This document shows, one piece after another, positions 1 through 9,596 of a stretch of 64,000 nucleotides of DNA. Every line of letters begins with the position of its first letter. Position 1 is the stretch's first letter. Where the stretch lies: the IMG/VR virus record IMGVR_UViG_3300032265_002598, positions 137,068-201,067 of that record; one strand, given 5' to 3'. A model generated the notes under the pieces. The model saw only the letters and a list, made by a program, of their open reading frames with translations, was not told the origin of the DNA and did not search any database. The position numbers and the translations under genes were made by a program. This DNA comes from a virus (taxonomy: Duplodnaviria; Caudoviricetes).

Positions 1-175
1 ATAGATTGATAGCTGAGATGTTGTCTCCACCGTGGATAGGACAAGCCATTGAAATCATCTTATTATTTGATCTATACTCAATATTAAAAAAGTCTAGTAA
101 GGTATCAATATTATCACATACCTCATCACAAACTATTTTAAGCTTGTGTTGATCATTCAAATGGGATTTCTTCAT
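1..175 (-). CDS. dnaG: DNA primase (DnaG-type), N-terminal Zn-binding domain; runs off the window edge
   Basis: Not in the ORF track. Manual translation from ATG at 175 gives MKKSHLNDQHKLKIVCDEVCDNIDTLLDFFNIEYRSNNKMISMACPIHGGDNISAINLY. CPIH is the start of a CHC2 Zn finger, and the gene directly follows the helicase. Confidence 0.8.
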   Translation of the reverse strand, partial: MKKSHLNDQHKLKIVCDEVCDNIDTLLDFFNIEYRSNNKMISMACPIHGGDNISAINL

Positions 176-1607
176 TATTTTGTTCTTCAACAACAAATCC
201 ATCAGATGCGCCGCCTTTATTATTAATGACTTCTAATCTTGTTCTGCCTTCAGTAATCTTTGCACACCAACCCTTCATATGGCAGTTGATGTAATCATTA
301 TCGTCTAGTCCACCTCCATGTCTGCTAATTAAAGGAACTAGTTTACGATTGCCATTATCTGGACCATCTTCAGCAATCTCTTCAGGAGTTTTTCTCTTAA
401 AAATACTAAAGTTACTACACAACCAAATGATTCTATCTGAACCACTTGCTGTATCTGTGCTTTCCTTTGTAATACCATCTCTATTTAATTGGATAAATGC
501 AACAATAGGAACCTTATATCTAACAGCAAAGTTATGCAGAGAGGTCATCATAAAACCAAGAACCTGATATTCTTTTAGGTCTTGGCTCATACCAGCACTA
601 TCCATTAGTTTTAAATAGTCATAGAAAATGACACAATCTTTTGCTGTGCCATCATCATTAAGACCAACTTCTTTTAAAACCCAACGTCTCATAATAGCTA
701 GCTGATCTTCAAATGGTTTACCAGCAATACTTTTATGAAAGAATGGTGTTTTCTTAATTTCTTCTACTGCTTGTAGTAATTTAGTTTTCTTATCTGGTGA
801 TTCTGCAAACTTACCAGTTTCAATTGCATTGATCTCAATTTCGGTCATCATTGCTAAGATTCTGTTAATATGATCTTCTTTATTCATTTCCGTATCCATA
901 TTCAATACGGGAACCCCCAGCTTGGCTACATTACGACCAATATTATCTGATAGTAGAGTTTTACCAGTCTTAGGACGAGCAGCTATAACATTAACCGTGC
1001 CTTTTCTTAAACCACCACCAATGGCTTGATCATATGCTGGAAAACCAGTAGGAATACCAATCTGATCAGTTTTGTTCTCTTCAAGATTACGAATATAGGC
1101 ATCTAGATCTTTACCAATAGTGACAGGATTATTATCGCTATCATTTAGTAAAGAAGTAAAATTGAATATCGTTTCTTCTGCAATACCAAGAATAGAACCA
1201 ATAGGCTCTGTACCATTAACGTCTAGAATTTTTTCTTGAGCTAATTCAAGTTGTTTTCGTAAAAGTCTAGCAATCTCTAGCTTGCGAATCTTAGCAGCAA
1301 ATTTACGAACATTATCTAAAGCTACTGGAAAATCAATGATAGCTCTAAGATGTTGAACCTCTTCCTTTTTGCTTAAGATATGTCCATAACCCAATTCTTC
1401 TGCTACTGAAAAAATAGTAGCCACATCGATATTGGGCTTTTGTTCTCTTTCACAAACAGTTTTAAGACATTTGTAAATGATAGAATTACTATCAATAGTA
1501 AATGATGTATCCTGAATAATATCAGCAATATCTAAATAAGCATCTTCGCCATAATTACATATTCCAGATAAAACAGCACGTTCTGCTGCAACGTCACAGA
1601 GTATCAT
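153..1607 (-). CDS. dnaB: Replicative DNA helicase (DnaB family)
   Basis: N-terminal AERAVL motif, Walker A AARPKTGKT, Walker B region IFYDYL, QLNR motif. Confidence 0.95.
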   Translation of the reverse strand: MILCDVAAERAVLSGICNYGEDAYLDIADIIQDTSFTIDSNSIIYKCLKTVCEREQKPNIDVATIFSVAEELGYGHILSKKEEVQHLRAIIDFPVALDNVRKFAAKIRKLEIARLLRKQLELAQEKILDVNGTEPIGSILGIAEETIFNFTSLLNDSDNNPVTIGKDLDAYIRNLEENKTDQIGIPTGFPAYDQAIGGGLRKGTVNVIAARPKTGKTLLSDNIGRNVAKLGVPVLNMDTEMNKEDHINRILAMMTEIEINAIETGKFAESPDKKTKLLQAVEEIKKTPFFHKSIAGKPFEDQLAIMRRWVLKEVGLNDDGTAKDCVIFYDYLKLMDSAGMSQDLKEYQVLGFMMTSLHNFAVRYKVPIVAFIQLNRDGITKESTDTASGSDRIIWLCSNFSIFKRKTPEEIAEDGPDNGNRKLVPLISRHGGGLDDNDYINCHMKGWCAKITEGRTRLEVINNKGGASDGFVVEEQNNEEIPFE

Positions 1608-1608
1608 A

Positions 1609-2001
1609 TTAGCCTGCTGCTCCGGAACATTTGTTACACTTATATCTGTCTATTGAGTCTGTAATTAGCACTGGATTAACAGTCTCTTTCTTTCCACAAA
1701 CTCTACAAATAGCAGTGACCAAATTGAATGGTCTAGCTCTTGGTACTGGAGGCTGAACTATTAATTTCTTATCTATTTCAATGTCTTCCATATGCATTCT
1801 TTTTTCCATCATAGCATCAAACTTATTATTTGAAGACTTTGATGTTGAAGGTTTGCTCTTGTTATTGGTACGAGGAGCTTTTTTCTTAGTCTTCAAGTCA
1901 TTCTGCTCTGATGAAGCATTGTCCTGCTTTGGCAGCATAGACTGAAGCATTAAAATCATCTGCTGTATTTGCTGAGGATCTAAGTTCATATTATTGTCCA
2001 T
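1609..2001 (-). CDS. Hypothetical protein with C-terminal Zn ribbon
   Basis: CRVC...CNKC pair; tightly packed with its neighbours. Confidence 0.6.
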   Translation of the reverse strand: MDNNMNLDPQQIQQMILMLQSMLPKQDNASSEQNDLKTKKKAPRTNNKSKPSTSKSSNNKFDAMMEKRMHMEDIEIDKKLIVQPPVPRARPFNLVTAICRVCGKKETVNPVLITDSIDRYKCNKCSGAAG

Positions 2002-2485
2002 GTTTAGTCACTTTCATTCTTTGAATAGCAATTAAAATATCTGATAAGTTCTTAATAGAGTTAGCTATATATGATAAACGATCAGTTCTTTGTTTAGCAT
2101 AAATCTTAATTTTATTTAAGGATTGAGCTTTATCATTATGTTTAATTGCCTGATTAGATTTTTCAACGTATCCATAACCTTTATAATTATTGATATCATC
2201 TGCTATTACTATCTTAGTAGTATCTTCTGCCCAATTATATCTAGCTATTTCTCTATTAATAGTTCGTTGAACATGAAAAGAGAACTGTGCTAATCTATAA
2301 GATATCTGACCACAATCTTCTGGAGTTAACTTTTCTAATTCATCTCTATTCATAGATAGATAGCTATTTAGTTCTGCTTCTGGCAAACCTCCAGCAGAAT
2401 ATCTAGGAAGACCTAGATTATTTTCATATTCATCTAGAAGATTATCCCAATCTTGTAATTCTTCTTTAGCAGTTTTATTGCTCAT
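1991..2485 (-). CDS. Helical hypothetical protein, possible UvsY-like recombination mediator
   Basis: 164 aa with helical/coiled-coil character, between the RecA-like and DnaB genes; function inferred from position only. Confidence 0.35.
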   Translation of the reverse strand: MSNKTAKEELQDWDNLLDEYENNLGLPRYSAGGLPEAELNSYLSMNRDELEKLTPEDCGQISYRLAQFSFHVQRTINREIARYNWAEDTTKIVIADDINNYKGYGYVEKSNQAIKHNDKAQSLNKIKIYAKQRTDRLSYIANSIKNLSDILIAIQRMKVTKHGQ

Positions 2486-2885
2486 TTTTAATCCTATTAG
2501 ACCAAAGTTCTACATCTTCATGAAATGGCAACTCAATATAAGTTATACCATTTATATCACACCATTCCTGTTTTTCCTGATCTCTCTTCTTGTGTTTAAC
2601 AAATCCTAGCAAAGTGTTATGATAGAATGGCACAAATTTATAATGTTGCTCTCCATGCACCTCTATTGTTTTCTTTAGTAGAGGGATATAAAAATCTAAG
2701 TATAAAGTTTCTGATCTTCTTAGAGGAATTGCCACTTCTTCCAGAATTTGCATCGTGGGGAAGCATTTATGTAGTAAGTCCCTAGCAACCAAGTGCAAGG
2801 ACGATTTGTTTTTAGCTTTCCCATGCGCAATGCCTCCAATAAGTTGCCAATTGCACATGTTACCATCAAGATCTTTTACTTGCAT
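2475..2885 (-). CDS. PD-(D/E)xK nuclease (Vsr/DUF559-like)
   Basis: LYLDFYIP...IEVHGEQHY motif typical of Vsr-like endonucleases. Confidence 0.75.
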   Translation of the reverse strand: MQVKDLDGNMCNWQLIGGIAHGKAKNKSSLHLVARDLLHKCFPTMQILEEVAIPLRRSETLYLDFYIPLLKKTIEVHGEQHYKFVPFYHNTLLGFVKHKKRDQEKQEWCDINGITYIELPFHEDVELWSNRIKNEQ

Positions 2886-3901
2886 TTAATGCCCATTGTT
2901 TCCTTGACTTGTGCTAGTAAACTATCGTAGACAGCAGGATTATCTACTATATACTGTCTTAGTTTTTCTGTTCCTTGAAATTTAGGCTTGTCTGTAACTG
3001 ATGTTAGAGTATACCAAGCGCCACCCTTTTGTATAATACCAATATCAACTGCAAGCATGAGCAATTCCATTTGCTTATCTATGCCCTGACCATATCGAAT
3101 ATAGCTAGTAATAGTTCCGCCGGGAGCGCCTAATGCAGAGCACATTACTTGCCATTGAATTTCTTGACCAATTTGTTGACCATCTTCTGCTGATCCAATT
3201 TTCCAAGCGGTGTGGAACTTAGCTCTTAGTTTAATATCTGTTTGATAAGCAATAGCCTGACCACTCTTTTCTTTCCATTCAACATGACCAGTACCTGGAT
3301 TACCCATTAAGTGAGTAATACCAATAACAATATTTCTATTCACAGGAATAACATTCGCCACCTTCCTGCAAAACTTAGCCAATAGTTTAGCCCCATCCGC
3401 TCTTTGCATTTTGTTCATATCGCTAGTGATTTCTGTTTCAGTACATAGTGCAGAGTAGGAGTCTATGATAAGAACACATCCAGGAATTTCATTAATAATT
3501 CTCTCTCCAATCTGGAGATATTCTTCTGCGTGTAAAATCTTACCTTGCTGAGAACCTATAATATGAAATCTATCTAGATCTAATCCTGGAATTCCTTCTA
3601 GATCCCTTTTCTTTAATCGACCTTCAATGTTAAGGTAGTACACTTCTCTACCCTCTTTGAATCCCTGATAAGCATATTCGGGTCTTTGTGCTGTGGCAGC
3701 AAAGTCTAAAGAGGTCGTGGTCTTTCCACATTTCGGTTGTCCGGTTAAAATCATAAAACTTCCTTCTGGGACACCACCATTTAAAATAATGTCCAGAGAA
3801 GGGCTCACAGGAATTGTAATGAGTTTTTTGTCAACAACAGCACTTGCTGTGAGCATGATTTCATTACCGAAATTTTTAATTACGTCTTCTTTGAGACTCA
3901 T
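2876..3901 (-). CDS. recA: RecA/UvsX-like recombinase
   Basis: SPSLDIILNGGVPEG, Walker A GQPKCGKTT, Walker B LIIDSYSAL, KGGAWY C-terminal motif. Confidence 0.9.
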   Translation of the reverse strand: MSLKEDVIKNFGNEIMLTASAVVDKKLITIPVSPSLDIILNGGVPEGSFMILTGQPKCGKTTTSLDFAATAQRPEYAYQGFKEGREVYYLNIEGRLKKRDLEGIPGLDLDRFHIIGSQQGKILHAEEYLQIGERIINEIPGCVLIIDSYSALCTETEITSDMNKMQRADGAKLLAKFCRKVANVIPVNRNIVIGITHLMGNPGTGHVEWKEKSGQAIAYQTDIKLRAKFHTAWKIGSAEDGQQIGQEIQWQVMCSALGAPGGTITSYIRYGQGIDKQMELLMLAVDIGIIQKGGAWYTLTSVTDKPKFQGTEKLRQYIVDNPAVYDSLLAQVKETMGIKCK

Positions 3902-4317
3902 TGATCTAAATCCTTAAGTTTGGAAATAATATTTTTAGAAACTGGTGATTTTATACCAAAAGTGATATTATCTTTTCTTTCAATAGTTAAACTAAGAGTT
4001 GTGTTTTCTTGTTTAATATTAATTTCTTGTTGTTCTATAATAGCAGGAAGATGGGGTGCTCGCAAAGAATAGATTTTCTTGCCTTGATCAGTATTGAGAG
4101 CCCTTATGATTGCTTTAGCTGAATATGTCTTAAGTAATTTATGAGCAGAACCTATTTGATTTCTAAAAAAAGTTGCCCACTTATTATGTACCCAGAAACG
4201 ATAATGTAAATCTAGTTTGTCTTTTTGGGCTTTTCGTTCACAGATAATCTCTGTAATAAACTGAGCCTGGGACACTTCTTTCCCATTTGAGTACTTAGAT
4301 ATGTATTTGTCGCACAT
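3898..4317 (-). CDS. Hypothetical protein
   Basis: ORF overlaps both neighbours in operon fashion; no recognised motif. Confidence 0.6.
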   Translation of the reverse strand: MCDKYISKYSNGKEVSQAQFITEIICERKAQKDKLDLHYRFWVHNKWATFFRNQIGSAHKLLKTYSAKAIIRALNTDQGKKIYSLRAPHLPAIIEQQEINIKQENTTLSLTIERKDNITFGIKSPVSKNIISKLKDLDQ

Positions 4318-4733
4318 TACTTTTTAAACTGGTTTAATTCTTGACAAACACTTTCCAAGGAATTATGAAACTTTTCAAAAAACTTATCCATATGTATTTT
4401 CCAATCGTCTTTAGATTTGACTGGAACATGATAATATTTTTCTACGATCTCTTTAATTTCACCAAGATATCCCTTATCGTCTATCTCAGATACTTCTGCT
4501 TTGATAAAAAATGTAATCTCATGAGGAGCTGTTGTTACATGCTTAGGATGTATAACATCAGGATGCTTTTCTGAGAAGTCCGGAACTATATTAGGATTAT
4601 TTGTATCAATATCTGCAAAACGATTATCTTTAATTTCTTCGATAGCAGCATTGAGCTTATTTTCTATTTTAGACAGAAGCTGTTTTTCTTCTTCTGTCAA
4701 TTGTTCGTATACGTTTGCAAATGATTCTATCAT
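4317..4733 (-). CDS. Hypothetical protein
   Basis: Packed ORF, no recognised motif. Confidence 0.55.
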   Translation of the reverse strand: MIESFANVYEQLTEEEKQLLSKIENKLNAAIEEIKDNRFADIDTNNPNIVPDFSEKHPDVIHPKHVTTAPHEITFFIKAEVSEIDDKGYLGEIKEIVEKYYHVPVKSKDDWKIHMDKFFEKFHNSLESVCQELNQFKK

Positions 4734-4738
4734 ATAAT

Positions 4739-5080
4739 TTAATTATTAAAGGGTCTAAAAATACCTTTTTGATTTTTACGAACTTCTGGAGTGTTGGCTT
4801 TTTTCAAATCATCATTCATAGAAGAAGCTTCTTTGGTCATGATTGATACTTTACGAGTTTTACCGGCACTCTCATTAATCATCAAATTCTTAGATGGAGA
4901 CTTGCCCATAGGAGAAGAAACAGTTTTTATTGAGGCTTGAGGAGTGGTAGATGGATTATCTACTACATTCTTAACCTGATTATCAGTAAGAGATAATTCA
5001 TTAGCAATCCTAGGTAAATCCCATCCTTGACTATTTAGCCATAGAGCAGCATATTTTTGAACCTTATTAATTCTAGCCAT
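4739..5080 (-). CDS. Hypothetical protein with N-terminal HTH-like segment
   Basis: GWDLPRIANELSLTDNQVKNVV resembles a helix-turn-helix. Confidence 0.5.
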   Translation of the reverse strand: MARINKVQKYAALWLNSQGWDLPRIANELSLTDNQVKNVVDNPSTTPQASIKTVSSPMGKSPSKNLMINESAGKTRKVSIMTKEASSMNDDLKKANTPEVRKNQKGIFRPFNN

Positions 5081-5481
5081 TATTCTTTCTCTCTTTCAGC
5101 ATTGTTAAGCCATGCGATATTTTTGGTTTTTAAAAATTTGACATACCAATTAAACACTTTTTGATTTACTTCAGCAAACTTATTATTTGATCTACAAACT
5201 CTATTTAAAAAAGTATTATTAACTTCTTGACCTAAAATAGATACTGGATTATATAGTTTACCATTATTGCTTAGTCTAATGGTATATTTTGTTGTTCCAT
5301 TTTTTCTTTTTGTTCTTTTAGCAAAGACCGAATCTGTTTCAACTTTTGTTCTTGGAAAATCTTCTGTATCCAAAAAATCTTCCATACCAGATAATGTAAA
5401 AAATTCTGCAATAATCTCTTCATCAATATTTTCTGATGAATATTTGCTCTCAGGATTAAAAATAAAATTATCCATGTTCAT
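5080..5481 (-). CDS. Hypothetical protein
   Basis: Packed ORF, no recognised motif. Confidence 0.55.
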   Translation of the reverse strand: MNMDNFIFNPESKYSSENIDEEIIAEFFTLSGMEDFLDTEDFPRTKVETDSVFAKRTKRKNGTTKYTIRLSNNGKLYNPVSILGQEVNNTFLNRVCRSNNKFAEVNQKVFNWYVKFLKTKNIAWLNNAEREKE

Positions 5482-5488
5482 AATCTCT

Positions 5489-5839
5489 CTATGAGGTCCA
5501 TTTAGTTTTAATTTTAGGTTTCTGTATTCTAGACATACCCTTTGGTAATTCTTTCTGGGATGGTTCTTCTTTATAATCGTTATGTTTTTGTTCTAAACTT
5601 ATTTTATGGTCTTGACTAAGCCTATCTCTATTACGATTAGCTAAATCACCAAGTGTCTTAAGTTCGCTATCTGATTTTTTGATGGAAGTATTAAGTGTCT
5701 TGATATCTTCGGTATACAATCTATGTGTTTTTTTGCTTTTACAATACTCGCATTTTGGTTGAGCAATATAATCCTTGATAGAAAATACTAATTCAAATTT
5801 AGTATCACACTTTTCACAACAATATGTATAGCATGGCAT
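5489..5839 (-). CDS. FmdB-family zinc-ribbon protein
   Basis: MPCYTYCCEKC...PKCEYCKS matches the FmdB CxxC_CxxC pattern. The true start is probably ATG at 5839, overlapping the HNH stop (TAATG). Confidence 0.8.
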   Translation of the reverse strand: MPCYTYCCEKCDTKFELVFSIKDYIAQPKCEYCKSKKTHRLYTEDIKTLNTSIKKSDSELKTLGDLANRNRDRLSQDHKISLEQKHNDYKEEPSQKELPKGMSRIQKPKIKTKWTS

Positions 5840-6420
5840 TATAAATAAGACTCTGGAAGGTAAATCGTCCATTCCTCTGGGATGTCTGATCTTATCTTAA
5901 GGAGAAGTCCTCTTACTGGCAAGTACTTTGCACTTTTATTTGGTACTACTGGAAGATTTCTAAGAGGCATATTAGCCTCTTTTGGTGTTCTATTTCCTTT
6001 TTTTCGATTACACTCCACACAAGCTGTAACAATATTTGTCCAACAAGTAGGAGAACCTATATTTTTTTTCCAAACAGATTTGGGAATAACATGATCATAT
6101 GTTAGTTGATTGATTTCTTTTTCGCAACCACAATATTGACAGCTATAATTATCTCTAATAAATAAATTTTTTCTAGAGAAATTAACATTTTGATGATTTA
6201 GACGAAAATATTTTGCTGTTTTAACAACTGCTGGTATGGGTATTTTTTTATTATTAGCCCCACAGATATAATCATCTTTATAAAAATCAATAATTTCTAC
6301 ACCAACATGAGAATTCTCTTCATGTCTAAAAGACCACACTAATGCTCTTTTCCAAGAGATAATACCAAGTGGAGTGTAATCAGCATTTAAAATCAAGCAT
6401 TTACTATTTTGAGGTTTCAT
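5839..6420 (-). CDS. HNH endonuclease (McrA-like)
   Basis: RDNYSCQYCG, TYDHVIPKS, NIVTACVECNRKKG. Confidence 0.9.
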   Translation of the reverse strand: MKPQNSKCLILNADYTPLGIISWKRALVWSFRHEENSHVGVEIIDFYKDDYICGANNKKIPIPAVVKTAKYFRLNHQNVNFSRKNLFIRDNYSCQYCGCEKEINQLTYDHVIPKSVWKKNIGSPTCWTNIVTACVECNRKKGNRTPKEANMPLRNLPVVPNKSAKYLPVRGLLLKIRSDIPEEWTIYLPESYL

Positions 6421-7132
6421 CTTTTTCGTAGTTGTCTAGTCGTCCGATAATTTTTCCTATAATTGGATTTCTAACAATATCTGATGCTTCTAATCTAGCT
6501 ACAGCAATACCTTCAATATCTGATAAAGCATGAGTCATGGACCAAAATCCACCCTGCATATGTCTATGCAAATCTGATTGACTAACATCTCCAGTTAATA
6601 CCATCTTGCTGTTAGTACCAATTCTTGTTAATAACATCTTTAGTTGATCATACGAAGCATTCTGACACTCATCTGCTACAATAAAAGCATTATGAAAATT
6701 ACGACCTCTCATCAATCCAAGGGGTACGATCTCTATTTTATTATTAGTTTTGAGACTAGCATATTTGGCACTAGGTATGAAGTGATTTACTTCATCTAAT
6801 AATGGTAATAAATAAGGATGCAATTTTTCTTCTGCTGTTCCAGGCAAATATCCAATTTTTTCTCCTGATTCAACCACTGGTCTAGTAATGATAATTTTTT
6901 TTACTTTTTCGTCCAGTAAATATTCTAAAGCCATACCAATAGCAATATGGGTTTTACCACTACCAGCAACACCTTGGCAGAATGTAATGACGTTTTCTGC
7001 TATATCTCTGATGTATTGTTTTTGATTTTCAGATCTGGGTTTTAGCCTATTTCGGTAAATTTCTGGGATGGGAAGTTCTTTAGTAGCATCTATGACCTTG
7101 GACCTTTTCTTGGTGGTTTTATTTTTTCTCAA
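6404..7132 (-). CDS. phoH: PhoH-family ATPase
   Basis: GVAGSGKT, ITRPVVE, GYLPG, MRGRNF, DECQN, GDVSQSD. Confidence 0.95.
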   Translation of the reverse strand: MRKNKTTKKRSKVIDATKELPIPEIYRNRLKPRSENQKQYIRDIAENVITFCQGVAGSGKTHIAIGMALEYLLDEKVKKIIITRPVVESGEKIGYLPGTAEEKLHPYLLPLLDEVNHFIPSAKYASLKTNNKIEIVPLGLMRGRNFHNAFIVADECQNASYDQLKMLLTRIGTNSKMVLTGDVSQSDLHRHMQGGFWSMTHALSDIEGIAVARLEASDIVRNPIIGKIIGRLDNYEKDETSK

Positions 7133-7182
7133 GGCTTACCCTTTAGCTAATATATGGAATAGAGATCCCAAGTTATTCTTAT

Positions 7183-7190
7183 AATACACC
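7183..7190 (-). promoter_or_regulatory. RGTGTATW motif (putative phage-specific promoter) upstream of phoH
   Basis: GGTGTATT about 50 nt before the start; one of about ten such sites. Confidence 0.5.
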
Positions 7191-7252
7191 ATATAAGAAG
7201 TATTATTATAGTAAACAATTAGTGCTTGCTAATTAATTGACCGTTAACTCTA

Positions 7253-9445
7253 TTAGAGTAAACAAGCTCCACCAGCACAGCTGATCTCCTCAATACCCGC
7301 AGTATTGTCTTCTGTTTCTAGTAATTGAGTATAGTCCACCTTCTCAAAACTATCATAAAGATCACAGTATAACTTCCAGTTGTAGACATCCTTCATGCAA
7401 TAAGTCAGTCTCCTGTTATCTCCATTAAAATACTTAGTAGCAAAGTTTTTCATCTTATTAATAAACCTAACTTTATTTTCATCATCTCCATCTTTGGCTT
7501 GATTTAAACTAACATAATCACAAGCTGCCCATAGATTATTGTTAAAAGCATTTAGACCAAGCTCAATCAAACCAGAACACCACAATGCAGCATCTCCATA
7601 TTCTTTAACAATCTCTCTACTAGTATAAACAGTAGTAAAAGGAGCTTGTGGATAATCTTTGTCTCCACTTTGAGGAATTAAAGATATACCTGCAAAATAC
7701 TTTCTATTATCATAGATATATTTTGTTACAGAATCCCATTCATCGGGTTTCACTGTTACAGTATTACTAACATTATGACTCAAATATTCTTGTGTACATA
7801 ATGATCTATTTTTGCCAGAATGAACCCAATTCTTTTGTGTATCTTTTACAACAGAAAGCATTTCTACTGCTGGTAATTGATTTCTTAATTTAGCTCCATC
7901 TGGTACTTCTATTGGAAACTTAACTACTTCATCAGTATTATTTGCAGACCATGATGATTTCTCACAGGCTTGTGGATTAACTTTCTTGAAGTGTTGATAT
8001 GGTGCTTCTAAAATATTGGCTTGTACGTGGCGTATATAGCGTTTGGCATGGTGTGGGTGGATACCAGAGCTAGTACCAAGCATACTTGATGATGTTCCTT
8101 CTGGTTTTAGGCATGTAACTCTAGCCGCTTGATTAATATTGATCCTTTGGGAAATCTGCTTATTGGTATCAACAGCAATCTTAGCGCCCTTAGTTAATGT
8201 CTTTTCTGTAAGAACAAGATCATGCTTTTCCATAGTGCCAGTTAAAGACACTCCCAAAAGAGCTTCTCTTGCAAAAATCTTTTCGCTAGTTTGTCCAAGA
8301 TAGTCTAGTTTTGTAAAACCAGCTTGTAATGTACCAATAATAGCTGCTGCTTTGCATCTCTCATAAAAATCTTCTTCGTCATCAACACTAGAACAATTGA
8401 TTGTTGAAAGATTGCAGCCTTGCCATCCAGACTTACCAGATTCTTCTTCAATAGGCCACATACCAATTTCTACACAAGGATTAAAAATCATTTCTGTAGA
8501 TTCACTCCAGATAAATCCGGGTTCTCCAAATTCTTTAACCGATTGCATCAATAAAGAAAATTCTTCAAAAGTAGTTTCGCTTTTTAAGAGTAAGGCAGAA
8601 TTATTGCTTCGTGCTCTTTGTGGATTCTCCATATACCAGTTTCCAGTTTTAGCTTTAGCCATTTCTTCATCATTATGACTAAATAAAGCTAGAGATGCAC
8701 TTCGTCGAACACCACCAGATAATACAGCATCACTGCTATGCATAACAATATCATATGCATCAATAGGTCTAAGTTTCTTTTGTCCATTTGCCAAACATCG
8801 GTCTAGTAAAGTACGAATTTTTTCAAGACCATTAGCAAGAGGCTCATATCCTGGGGCTTTGCCTACTCCAGAAGCTAGTGCTGCTCCCTTTGGTCTGATA
8901 TTAGAATAATCAAATGAAATATGACTATTTTTGTATTGTTTAAATTCTTCTACAGGCTTGCTGAAATAAGAACTTAACAGAACACCCAAAGCATTGGACC
9001 AGCCTTCAATACTATCATCAATAACATACTTAGTTGATTGTCCTTTTTCCACTTCATGCTCTAATGATGGAAGTTTAGCAACATGGTGCTTTTGAACACT
9101 AAAGCCAGTTCCTGATCCACACAATAGTAACCAAAAACACTCTTGGAAAAATCGTAATCTATCACAATAAGAAGCTGTGCAATTATATATCTTAGCATGT
9201 CGTTTGAGAATAGGATCTCCACCAAACTGTAATGCTCTCTGACTACCTAATACTTTCTTCTTATACATCATATCGTAAGCCCAATCGATCTCTTCTGAGA
9301 TTCCAAATGTATCATAACGAGAGTGCATCATTTCTCTAACTCTGTCTACAGCTTCTTTCCAAGTTTCCCTTCTATTTTGATCACTTAACCATCTGGCATA
9401 CTTACTAACGAAGGTATAATTTTGAAGTTCTTGTAGAGCTGACAT
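7253..9445 (-). CDS. nrdJ: Class II (adenosylcobalamin-dependent) monomeric ribonucleoside-triphosphate reductase
   Basis: IYNC, NPCVEI (thiyl Cys plus Glu), GCNL, KPEGTSS, C-terminal CAGGAC redox pair; no ATP cone. Confidence 0.9.
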   Translation of the reverse strand: MSALQELQNYTFVSKYARWLSDQNRRETWKEAVDRVREMMHSRYDTFGISEEIDWAYDMMYKKKVLGSQRALQFGGDPILKRHAKIYNCTASYCDRLRFFQECFWLLLCGSGTGFSVQKHHVAKLPSLEHEVEKGQSTKYVIDDSIEGWSNALGVLLSSYFSKPVEEFKQYKNSHISFDYSNIRPKGAALASGVGKAPGYEPLANGLEKIRTLLDRCLANGQKKLRPIDAYDIVMHSSDAVLSGGVRRSASLALFSHNDEEMAKAKTGNWYMENPQRARSNNSALLLKSETTFEEFSLLMQSVKEFGEPGFIWSESTEMIFNPCVEIGMWPIEEESGKSGWQGCNLSTINCSSVDDEEDFYERCKAAAIIGTLQAGFTKLDYLGQTSEKIFAREALLGVSLTGTMEKHDLVLTEKTLTKGAKIAVDTNKQISQRININQAARVTCLKPEGTSSSMLGTSSGIHPHHAKRYIRHVQANILEAPYQHFKKVNPQACEKSSWSANNTDEVVKFPIEVPDGAKLRNQLPAVEMLSVVKDTQKNWVHSGKNRSLCTQEYLSHNVSNTVTVKPDEWDSVTKYIYDNRKYFAGISLIPQSGDKDYPQAPFTTVYTSREIVKEYGDAALWCSGLIELGLNAFNNNLWAACDYVSLNQAKDGDDENKVRFINKMKNFATKYFNGDNRRLTYCMKDVYNWKLYCDLYDSFEKVDYTQLLETEDNTAGIEEISCAGGACLL

Positions 9446-9596
9446 GATGTATAAATAATACTCCTATAAATTATTCTGACACAGCTTTGGTTCTTGGTAA
9501 TACACTATCGAACGAAAAAGAATTCGATCTCTGTGAGCGATGAATTTATCATATCTCCACACGAAAAAAACACCAGCGCATTGTTTTTTATTTGTC

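Noticed and set aside
5839-6420. HNH genes (here and 40713..41045) as intron-encoded homing endonucleases
   Set aside because: Both are free-standing between intact genes with no flanking intron structure; mobility cannot be supported from sequence alone
9446-9596. Possible cobalamin riboswitch upstream of nrdJ
   Set aside because: I could not find the conserved riboswitch core, and the gap is short and AT-rich; an Infernal search would settle it
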